Source of the DNA: Octopus bimaculoides
Lineage: Eukaryota
Direction: 5' to 3'
DNA length: 64,000 nt
NCBI RefSeq assembly: GCF_001194135.2
Contig: NC_068989.1
Coordinates: 88,652,988 to 88,716,987 of the forward strand
In this document: piece after piece, positions 40,580 through 51,251 of the stretch
Layout: each line of letters starts with the position of its first letter
How positions within the stretch are numbered: position 1 is the first letter of the stretch
Translations under genes and position numbers: made by a program
Notes under the pieces: generated by a model
Seen by the model: the letters and a program-made list of their open reading frames with translations, nothing else
Told to the model about the DNA's origin: nothing
Databases searched by the model: none

Positions 40580-41301
40580 GTAAGTTTCACTCTACCATTA
40601 TTTTATAGTAAGTTCCATGGAAGAACTAGAGACAAGCTCCTACCATTATGGCACATAGATTTTAATCCAAATCCCCTATTGCATAATTTGAAACTACACG
40701 CACGCACACACACACACACACATCCACTGACAGAACTTTGGTCAGTCTTTGGCTGCTGTTTAAGCCATCACACACAGGAGGACTGAATCTGAAACCAAAT
40801 GGTTGAGAAGTAATCATCTTAACCCTATGCACATACACACACATGCATGTATCATCATCATTTAATGTCTGTTTTTCAGTGCTGGCATGGGTTGGACAGT
40901 TTGACAGGAGTTGGCCAGCTGAAGAGCTGCTTAGGCCCCATGTCTGTTTTAGCATGGTTTCTACAGCTGGATGCCCTTCCCAATACCAACCACTTTACAG
41001 AGTGTACTGGGTGCTTTTACACAGCTCCAGCTTGGGTGCATTTACGTGGCATCAGCACCCACAAGTCCACAAGCTTAGGTATGCTCAGCTGGAGAGGGAT
41101 GCATGCAACAAGCCTGTATTCAAGGACAACCAAGCTTTTACTTAGCTTGGTATGTCTTCTCAAGTACAGCAAGTCACCAACCTTCTTTCTGTGAAATTTA
41201 TATCTATATTCTTGAATTTATTGCTTTTTTTTTAAATATAAAACTTTAATTTATTTCTTTCGCTCTTTATTCATGTTCCTTTTTTTTTTTTTGATCTGCA
41301 G

Positions 41302-41472
41302 GTGAACTTGTTGCATTGAAAAAGGTTCGTTTAGAAAATGAGAAAGAAGGTTTCCCCATCACAGCAGTGCGGGAGATCAAAATTTTGCGACAGCTGAACC
41401 ACCCCAACATTGTCAACTTGAAGGAAATCGTCACAGATAAACAGGATGCTCTGGATTTTAGGAAAGACAAAG
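41302..41472 (+). CDS. CDK12: CDK12/13 exon, VALKK and PITAVRE helix ([32 protein letters not shown]...[12 protein letters not shown])
   Basis: ctgcAG acceptor, G|GTATTT donor; 171 nt, phase 1-1. PITA(I/V)RE and KQDALDF are diagnostic of CDK12/13. Confidence 0.98.
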
Positions 41473-43560
41473 GTATTTCTTCTCACATTATTATTATTTC
41501 ATAGAACTTTAGGGCAGCAAGGTGGCAGAATCATTAGCACGCTGCGCAAAATGCTTAGCGGCATTTCATCTGTCTTCACATTCTGAGTTCAAATTCCACC
41601 AAGCTTGATTTTATCCTTCATCCGTTTTTTGGAGTCAGTAAATTCTTTGTGGTCGCTGTAATTGACTGGTCCTCTCCTCCACAAATTTCAGGCCTTGTAC
41701 CTTTAGTAGAAAGGATTATTTCATTGATCTTTGTTGTTGTTTTAACCCTGGGTCAGCTCTGAATTAACAAAGACCACGGTCAAAATGAGAAGGTTAACTA
41801 CAAAGCACCTATTCCAGATGTAATCTCCACCCAAACTTCTGGATACGATCCTATCTATACAGGACTGTTAACTGTATTCATCAATATAGCCTATTTGCAT
41901 ACATAAATTGCTCTCAAGAACTTGCGAGGAGAGGTGGATTTTTTCTTTTTTATCTGGTTTTTTTTTTTTTTATGGATTAGTCAAGTGAACTAGACACAAG
42001 CATGGCTGTTTGTTCCAGAAGTTTGCTTCCCAACCACATGTTACTGGGTTGTGTCCCACTCCATGGCATCATTGGCAAACGTTTTCTACTGTGGCCTCAG
42101 GTTGATTAAAGCCTTTTGGGTGGATTTAGTAGGTGGAAACTGAAAGAAGCACAGTGTACATACAGGTGTATGCATGTGTGTCCTTGTCTTGACAGTATGA
42201 TAGTTATAGATAAATAGATGTCACTGTCATAGCAGAAGTGTGTCATTCATTTCCAATATTCTGTGAGAACATGTATGGACATGGGGAAATATTACCTTAC
42301 TTGGAAACAGGTAAAGGTTGGTGACAGGAAAGGCATCTCACTGTAGAAGCTCTGCCTCAGTAAGCTCCATCCAGTTCATGCAAGGATGGCACGGTGGATG
42401 TTAAAATGATGATGATGATGATGATGAGGGGATGGTGCCCATGACCATTACTGCGACCTTATAGACTTGTGATCCATTTGGTTGACTCTTGGTTGTAACC
42501 CCTGTTAGTTACTCTCAGCAGGGAAACGTGAATTCCAGAAAGGTTAGAAAGTGGTTTGTGTTTGGTGGGGGTGGGGTGGGGGTGCTCTCATCTTCTGTAT
42601 TAAGTCTCAACATAATGTGAGGGATAAGAGGCTGTCAACAGTTGCATGAACAAACGTATTAATTAATTAGAATTACTTGTGAGGAAGAGGAGCAGCTGGT
42701 TGTGGCTGTCTGTGTATGTTGCAATGAACATTGCTTGGTGTATATACCACTGCACACCATTTGTAATCAGAACCAGGGACGGATTCTATGATAAGTGGGC
42801 CCTTGTCTGAAACTGCACATAAGTAGTACCAAAGTACTGATTGACAATGTAGAAATACAATGAAATATCAATGGTGGGGTTGAATTCATGAGGTTTGAGC
42901 TATAATTCCACTTCCTAACTCATTCATCCTACATCTACAAATTTAATCAATGTTTTGGGTTTTTTCTGGGCTATAATTATGATATGAGAAATACCACCAA
43001 AAAGTTTGCTTTTTCTCTTTGACTATTTTGGCTATGAATTAAACATTAAAATTTTTTTTTATTTCAGCTGTTACTATGTAACTGGTGTATTTTCTGGTAT
43101 ACAAGTCAGTGTAGTTTATAGTGAAAAAGTGTAGTGTAAATATTTAAACCTCATCACTATCTTTCTAAATCCTATCGCATTTCAATTCATAGAATTTTCA
43201 GTCCTCTAGAGTAGTCTTGGTACCTGCTTTTTGGCTGTAAATTTTGATCTGAAAAATTTGACTTGTATACCAGAAAATATCATTTAACTTATTAAAGATA
43301 AATCTAAGCAAAGAGAAAAACTTTATTTCAGTATCAGTGTTTCAAATAAAATTAACAGATCTCACCAAAACCCACCTGAAGCTCTTCACTTCATCTCCTA
43401 AACACCAACTCTTCATAGCAGTCTTTTTGTTCAACGCCCAACCCTCATCCCTACCCTACCAAATATATACACATTTTGTTTTGACTTTTGGTAATTTTCT
43501 TTGTTTTATTTTTGTGCTTTTTATAATTTTTTAAAACTTTTATTTTTGTTTCTTGTTCAG

Positions 43561-43750
43561 GTGCCTTCTATCTAGTTTTTGAATACATGGACCATGACCT
43601 GATGGGTCTGTTAGAGTCCGGTTTAGTACACTTCAACCAGGATCATATCGCTTCCTTCATCAAGCAGCTTCTTGACGGATTAAACTATTGCCACAAGAAA
43701 GACTTCCTTCATCGTGACATCAAATGTTCGAACATCCTGCTTAACAATAG
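43561..43750 (+). CDS. CDK12: CDK12/13 exon, hinge and catalytic loop ([21 protein letters not shown]...[15 protein letters not shown])
   Basis: gttcAG acceptor, AG|GTTGGT donor; 190 nt, phase 1-2. Confidence 0.98.
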
Positions 43751-43855
43751 GTTGGTAATGACATACATTTTGAGACCAGTCAAGGGTGTCTCACTCATCT
43801 TCTTTACTGCTCAATACATTGTTAAACACTTCACAAACTACACAGCTTCCATTAA

Positions 43856-44321
43856 CCCTTTCATTACTAACCCGGCTGAAACCGCCCCTGGCTCTGTAGT
43901 ACAAATGTCTTGTTTCCATAAGTTTTGAATTAAAATCTTCCACCAAACCTTAGTCACAATTTATGTTCCTAACACTAGCTGAATGATAACCTAGTTATTT
44001 TACTAAATTCTTTATTGTTATATTTAAAATCAATTGAAAGAAACACAGAACATCTCAACAGAAATATGGTAACAAAAGGGTTAACAAATGATAAATTCAA
44101 CCCTTTTGATACCAACCTGGCTGAAACCACCTCTGACTCTGTAGTACAAATGTCTTGTTTCCATAAGTTTTGAATTAAAATCTTCCACCAAACCTTAATC
44201 ACAATTTATGTTCCTAACACTAGCTTAATGATAACTAAGTTATTTTGCTAAATTCTTTGTTATATTTAAAGTAATTGAAAGAAACACAGAGCATCTCAAA
44301 ATAAATACAGTAACGAAAGGG
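43856..44321. mobile_element. Head-to-tail dimer of MITE family P2
   Basis: Units 43856-44080 and 44101-44321, separated by TTAA-caaatgataaat-TCAA; outer TTAA at 43852-55 and 44322-25. Confidence 0.85.
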
Positions 44322-46449
44322 TTAAACCACCTTGGTTTATGCAGTTCATATTATTCGACATAATTACATCAACACACTATCTCTCCCCCCTCCCATCATC
44401 CACTGTCCATTATCTTCTCTTATGTTCACCTTGCTCTGTGAAGCTTTACTCTATCACCCCCATCACTTCCCTCCTCTTATCTCCTCCAGTCCTGTATCTC
44501 TTCTATAGCAAAACACCTGGCATAAAGCCACCAACCACCACCTTCCCCTTCCAAATACTCCCTTTTAGTGGTTGGTCTTAGGAAGGGCATCCAATCATAG
44601 AAACCATTCCAAAGATGACATTGGAACCCGACACAGCCGTGCAGCTCACTGGTTCCCTATCAGACTGTCCGACCCATGCCAGCATGGAAAGCAGATGTTA
44701 AACGAGAATGAATGGTGAGGGTGAATATTTATTTAGCATTGAACCCCATCACCCTATACCATGATCCAAACCCCACTGGAAGGAAGCTTCTGGTATGTCT
44801 CATATAAGATATGTAACCTGAAGTGTCTTATAGCTAAAAATATGACTTGGGGAAGCTACAGATTATAACAATATATCTTGAGAATATCATAGATTAAGAT
44901 AAGAAATTCAGGAGGATCATTGTTATCATCACCATTTTTAATGTCCTCTTTTCAATGCTTGCATGGGGAAAATGGAGTCTATTAAAGTATATTTTCTACA
45001 GCTGGATATCTTTTCTGTCACCAACCACGACTTGTTTCCAAGTAAAGTAATATTTTCCCATGGCCAGACATGTTTAAGCAAAATATCGAAAATACTGAAT
45101 AACACTGCATGTATGACAGTGATACTCATTTACAACTGTCACATGATGTTAAGACAAGGACACACACACAGATGCCTCTGTGTGTGTGTGTGTGTGTGTG
45201 TAATGGATTTTTTCATCACTTTTTATCTACGAAATCCATTCACAAGGTTTTGTGGTTGGCCCAGGACTATAATAGGTGACACTTACCCAAGGTACCACAC
45301 AGTGGGACTGAACCCAAAACTATGTGCTTAGGAAGCAAACTTTTTAACCACATGACTAGGATATCATGTAGATGTGATTTAAGAATGCAGCAGATGAAGA
45401 TGTGTGTATTGGGGTATCACATGCTTGGGTACTTTCCTCTTATCAGCAGCCAATTTTTATATTTACTGAAGGATTAGTAAATAAACTGATACATTCCTGA
45501 AACGGATGTAATAGTTGATCTGTGGACTTTCAGAATAGCTGTCATTATATCATGGAGAAGTGAAAGGGCAAAGAATAGGTTGATTGTTTCCTTTTGTGAA
45601 AAATCCTTTTTCTGTTCAAAAGGAATTCCAACCATGGTTCGTAGTTTGCTACCCCAACAGCTCCTTTATAGGATCCAGTGGCTAATAACATCATCAGGAG
45701 GAACCACGTCTGGTTTCGGCCCCAACACCTCTACCGTTTTTGATGTGGCAGACCCCATCCTTTCGGAGGTGTCTTCAGCTCTGGTGTTGAGTGTGTTTCT
45801 TCTTTCTCTTTTTTTCTTTTGTTCTTTGGCAGCCACTTAATTTTTGGCTTCTTCACGCCTGTCTCTTTCCTTGGCTGTTTCAATTCAATTGTGGAATGAC
45901 CCTTGCTATGGTTTCTTCCCAGGAGGTTCTGGCCACACGGCTTCTGGTTTTACAACCCACGCTGTTGAATCACTTTCTTCTGACACTTTAATATTTCTAC
46001 ATTTTTGCCCTCCTCTTCCTTTAATCTATAAAAATTTGGCTGTTGATAAGAAAGACTCATATTTGATGCATGATTCTAGTTGTCCGATATTAATTATGTG
46101 ATTTCAGTTGTCAAAGATTAAGCTATATCTCCTTGTGTTGTCAGAAACTACAATATGTAAGTTGGTTTTTGTCAAAAGATTAACTATGACGAGAGAGTGA
46201 TAGAGACTAAATTACTTTATTTTTGGTTTCAAGGATTAAGAGGTATAACACTTGGTGAAGTTGCATATTTAAAGTATATGGCATGAGGGGCATCCTAGAT
46301 TATCTCTTTCTATTTCAATTCTCTGTCTATGTTTTTAAATCAATTTTTAAAATAAATAATTTGGAGAAATTTTTTTAAATAACTTTCAGTTGAGACAGAT
46401 TTTTGCATTTTTTATCTTGCAAGGTAATTGGTGACCCTGTCAGTGAATG

Positions 46450-47078
46450 GTGCCAGGAAAAAGCACTGGTGCTTGTGCCACGAAAAAGCACTGCTGCCTG
46501 CCAGTGCCATGAAAGAGCACTGCTGCCTGCCGGTGCCACGAAAGAGCACTGCTGCCTGCCGGTGCCACGAAAGAGCACTGCTGCCTGCCGGTGCCACGAA
46601 NNNNNNNNNNNNNNNNNNNNNNNNNNNNNNNNNNNNNNNNNNNNNNNNNNNNNNNNNNNNNNNNNNNNNNNNNNNNNNNNNNNNNNNNNNNNNNNNNNNN
46701 NNNNNNNNNNNNNNNNNNNNNNNNNNNNNNNNNNNNNNNNNNNNNNNNNNNNNNNNNNNNNNNNNNNNNNNNNNNNNNNNNNNNNNNNNNNNNNNNNNNN
46801 NNNNNNNNNNNNNNNNNNNNNNNNNNNNNNNNNNNNNNNNNNNNNNNNNNNNNNNNNNNNNNNNNNNNNNNNNNNNNNNNNNNNNNNNNNNNNNNNNNNN
46901 NNNNNNNNNNNNNNNNNNNNNNNNNNNNNNNNNNNNNNNNNNNNNNNNNNNNNNNNNNNGTGCCGCGAAAGAGCACTGCTGCCTGCCGGTGCCGCGAAAG
47001 AGCACTGCTGCCTGCCGGTGCCGCGAAAGAGCACTGCTGCCTGCCGGTGCCGCGAAAGAGCACTGCTGCTGGTGCCAT
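46450..47078. repeat. 29-bp GC-rich minisatellite (GAAAGAGCACTGCTGCCTGCCGGTGCCAC), N-gap 46601-46959
   Basis: Unit starts at 46511, 46540 and 46569; the array continues after the gap. Confidence 0.95.
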
Positions 47079-48488
47079 TTAAAAAATGTATAGTACACTC
47101 AGTAAAGTTGTTGGCACTAGAAAGAGCATCCAGCCATAGAAACAATGCTAAGACAGGCAATGGAACATGATACAACTCCTGGAATTGCCAGCTCCTGTGA
47201 AACCATCCAACCCATGCCGGCATGGAAAACAGACATTAAATGATGACGATGATGTTTATAAGTTAATTTATCTAAACATGTCTTACATAAAATTATAATG
47301 GAAGATTTTAATTTAGATAAGAGGCATGGGCATGGCTGTGTGGCTAAGAAGTTTGTTTCACATTCACATAGTTTAGAATTCCATCTTTTGAGTAAGCATC
47401 TTCTGTAGTCCCTGGCCAAATAACACCATTTGAGGGAATTTGGTTGACAGAAATTGTAAGAAGCCCATCATGTGTGTGTGGGTGTGTATGAATGTTTTGC
47501 TATTCCTTGCTACTCAGTGCTTTTCAAGTGCTGTGGAATGATTTCCTTACTTGACAAAACTGTTATGAATTGGAAACAGGAAGTGTGTTGTTTATATGCT
47601 AGCATGGAAACAATGATAAATAAATGGAAGGAGTGGTTGTTTTATTTCATTAAAACAGATGGTCTCAAGCAATTTAGTATCAAACTGTTTAAAAGAACAT
47701 AACTTGAGAGAACATCTGTAAACATGTTTGACTTGGCATTGTTGTTCTTTATTAAACCTTTAGCATTTAAGCAGGCCATATCCAGCCCAAATTTTCTACC
47801 TGTTTCATGTCCAAACCAAGACCTGGCTTCTCACATCTACTCTACAATGTGATGCTAAAAATAAACAATCACATCATCGAAATCTCAATGTTACAAGACG
47901 ATGCATAATTAATTGAAATCGTCATTGTCGTGAATAAAAAGGCATGCATTTGACTAGCATTTTATTATTTGTAATGTGAACCTACAATTATTGTAACATA
48001 CTTGGAATATGTTATTTAGAATCACACTGAGATTTCAGGAAATATTCCTGTATAAAGAGATACTTTCAGATGCCTTATTTTGGCAGTGGTTGCTGAAAAA
48101 AGAATTTTTGTCGGACATCAGTGCAAGAATTGAAGTCAAGACAACCAGCTTTGGGAGAAATAAGTATTATTTGTATAGTATTGGATACTATCGTTGCTAC
48201 TTCACAGCGTACTGACATTGTTATTCTACAAAGTGTGCTGACATCACTACTCCAGAGAGTACCGGCATTCTACAGAGTACCAGTATTGCTACTCTACAGA
48301 GTACCAACACTGCTACACCACAGACTACTGACATTGCTGCTCCATGTAGTATGCAGACACCTCTTATTTTTATTTCTCTACTTTGCTATGTGATATTCAT
48401 ATTCCACTAGATCATGTAGATATTTCATTAATTTTTACACAGTATTTTATATTGTAATCTATATTTTTTTTTCCCTTCCATTTGCTAG

Positions 48489-48650
48489 GGGCCAGATCAA
48501 GCTCGCTGATTTTGGCTTGGCTCGCTATTACGAGCCTGAAGACAGAGATAGATTATACACCAACAAGGTCATTACACTGTGGTACCGTCCACCCGAGCTG
48601 TTGCTGGGAGAAGAGCGTTATGGGCCAGCCATCGACGTCTGGAGTTGTGG
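48489..48650 (+). CDS. CDK12: CDK12/13 exon, DFG and activation loop ([54 protein letters not shown])
   Basis: ttgctAG acceptor, GG|GTAAGT donor; 162 nt, phase 2-2. The coding frame is not in the supplied ORF track and was translated by hand. Confidence 0.97.
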
Positions 48651-49000
48651 GTAAGTTGTTCTTTAGTCCTGGTCGGCTGAAATCTGGCAGACATATGATT
48701 AAAGACAGTCTAGCCAGGACCATCATGTCTTTCATTCAGGCTGCTTTACACAATATATTCTTCCTTTTTAAAAGATAGCTGTATGATTTGAAGCTTGTAT
48801 ATAATTTTCATATTGTGTAATCTTTTATATATACTTGTTTATATCTTAATGTTGTGTGGGCTTTGTCCTATATATATATATACTTGTGTATCGTCTTCCT
48901 GTTGTGTAATCTTTTATAAAAACTTTGCTTGGTTTTTATTTTATTGTATTATTTATTTATCTATTTAATATTGTTTCCATTATTTTCTCTCCTCAAACAG

Positions 49001-49195
49001 CTGCATTCTTGGGGAATTGTTCACTAAGAAACCCATCTTTCAAGCCAGCCAGGAAATAACTCAGCTTGAACTGATCAGTCGTACATGTGGATGTGCTTGT
49101 CCAGCTGTGTGGCCAGATGTCATAAAGCTGCCACTCTTCCATTCCATGAAACCAAAGAAACAGTATCGTCGCCGATTACGAGAAGAATTTTCCTT
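49001..49195 (+). CDS. CDK12: CDK12/13 exon, kinase C-lobe ([14 protein letters not shown]...[11 protein letters not shown]...[15 protein letters not shown])
   Basis: aaacAG acceptor, TT|GTGAGT donor; 195 nt, phase 2-2. Confidence 0.97.
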
Positions 49196-49432
49196 GTGAG
49201 TAGCTCTGAGAGACATTTGGCGGTGTGTGTGACAAAATATTGATCTGACCAGCTAAAACAGCTGGAGTGATAAATCCTTTGTAAAGTATCAGTTAAGTTA
49301 GATCCTGGAATCGCTGATGTTGTTGTGGAGCCAAAAACCAGCCCTGATAAAACAGATCTAAGATGAAAGCCATTCCAGTTATGTATTATGTCAGGAACTA
49401 CATTGTCTGTGCCACTTTTTTTTTATATTTAA

Positions 49433-49641
49433 CCCTTTAGCATTTGAAGTAGCCATATCTGGCCCAAATATTCCACCTGTTTTATCTTCAAACTGACCAG
49501 ATCTGGTCTCTCCCACCTACTCTACAATGTCATTCTAAAAATACACAACCACATTGCCAAAATATTAAAGCTATGTGATAATGCAAGATTAAATTTGAAA
49601 CAATGCTAGTAAATATGCAGATTAATCAGAATGCTTGAGGG
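49433..49641. mobile_element. TTAA-flanked MITE, family P1 (opposite orientation to 2400-2593)
   Basis: TTAA-CCCTTTAGCATT ... AATGCTTGAGGG-TTAA; the internal sequence is the reverse complement of the 2400-2593 type. Confidence 0.75.
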
Positions 49642-50438
49642 TTAAATGTGAGATTGAGTTTTAGTTATGGTTTCTAGCAAATCAAATGAGTGCATAGAGC
49701 AGGCATGGACAACCTTTTTTGAGAAGTGGGCCACATGAGACATGGCTCATCATCAGAGGGGCTGCACCACTAAGAAAAATTCAAGGTAATTTTTCATTGG
49801 CATACCGTTTAGCAAGTCCCGTGGGTTGCAGTTTGTCTGTGACTGGCAGTGAGGCTTCTCATTACCTTGTATATTCTGAAGGAAGCAAGTGTGTTGTATC
49901 ATGGACTCTAGCTTTATATCAATGGTAAATACACCAGCATCTTATCAAGGAGATGGTGAGAATTACAGTTTTTAAAACTGATTATATATCTTATGTTTTA
50001 ATGCTCTAATGAAGCATGCCCATACCAAGACAGTTGTCTCTTCTGCTCATATTGCATGTCCATATTAAAACAGCTGTCTCTTCTGTATACACATCTGTAC
50101 CAGGACATTTGTCTCTCTGCACATATTACATGTCCAATCTGAAAATGCTATCTTTTCTGCATGCATTACATGTCTGGAATTGAACGATGCATCTCCTAAA
50201 TATCACAAATAGACTTAGTCAGGGCTGAGTTCGCTTTACAAAGACATAATTTCAGGTTCAATCCCACTGCATGGCACAATGGGCAAGTGTCTTCTATTAT
50301 AGTTATGTGAGTGGATTTGGAAGTTGAAGTAAGTTGAATGTGTGTGTGTTAGTGTCTCTTTGACATGCCATCCTGTGTTTGTTATAAATAAGTGGTTTCA
50401 CTTCCTACAAGTGGTTTCATTTGCAATTCCTACAAGTG

Positions 50439-50598
50439 GGCATAGGAGTGGCTGTGGTAAGTAGCTTGCTTACGAACCACATGGTTCCAGGTTCAGTCCC
50501 ACTGCGTAGCACCTTGGGCAAGTGTCTTCTACTATAGCCTCAGGCCGACCAAAGCCTCGTGAGTGGATTTGGTAGACGGAAACTGAAAGAAGCCCATC

Positions 50599-50646
<48 letters not shown>

Positions 50647-50818
50647 ATGTGTATGTTTGCATGTCTGTGTTTGCTCCCCCATAACTTAGCGGTTCAGCAA
50701 AAGAGTCCGATAGAATAAGTACTAGGCTTACAAAGAATAAGTCCCGGGGTCGATTTGCTCGACTAAAAAGTCGGTGCTCCAGCATGGCCGCAGTCAAATG
50801 ACTGAAACAAGAAGGGAG
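50439..50818 (+). mobile_element. SINE family A (tRNA-like head, central microsatellite, tail ending GACTGAAACAAG), apparently young copy
   Basis: A/B-box-like head (TGGCTGTGGTAAG ... GGTTCAGTCCC). Other copies at about 1650-2040, 8190-8515, 11545-11915, 24215-24610, 30740-31100, 32280-32700, 52695-53070 (+) and 9195-9570, 18715-18900 (-). Confidence 0.85.
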
Positions 50819-51119
50819 TAAGTGGTTTCACTTCCTACAAGTAGTTTCATTTGCAATCTTCTGAGAAATCAATGTCCAGCCATTGTGCTGCTGGTGTTTG
50901 AAGGGCTGTGGGGAAATATTACCTTAGCAGGAAACAAAGATTAGTCACTGGAAGAGCATCCGACCATAGAAAATTTGCCTCAACAAATTTCATTTGACTT
51001 AGCTAAGCATAGAAAAATGGAAGTTATATTGAGTGTGATGATGATAGTGGTAGTGGTAATGATGATGATAACCCATATACATGGACAGTTGTTTGACTAA
51101 GCATCTTTTCTATTTTCAG

Positions 51120-51251
51120 TATTCCCAAGCCAGCTCTAGACCTGCTTGATCGTATGTTAGAACTTGATCCAAGTCGGCGATGCAGTGCTGAACAAGCTTT
51201 AAATTGTGCTTGGCTCAGAGATGTTGATCCTGCTAAAATCACACCACCTGA
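51120..51251 (+). CDS. CDK12: CDK12/13 exon, end of kinase domain ([27 protein letters not shown]...ITPPE)
   Basis: ttttcAG acceptor, GA|GTATGA donor; 132 nt, phase 2-2. Confidence 0.96.

Noticed and set aside
41473-41480. GTATTTCT donor as a possible U12-type intron
   Set aside because: Does not match GTATCCTT; the acceptor has a normal U2 polypyrimidine tract.
46375-47223. Multiple 160-280 aa ORFs on both strands; superficial CRISPR-like look
   Set aside because: Contiguous 29-bp units with no unique spacers plus an N-gap; eukaryotic intron with no cas genes.
50775-50812. SINE A tail hairpin CAGTC-AAAT-GACTGAAAC resembling hammerhead stem II + GAAAC
   Set aside because: No CUGANGA core upstream.
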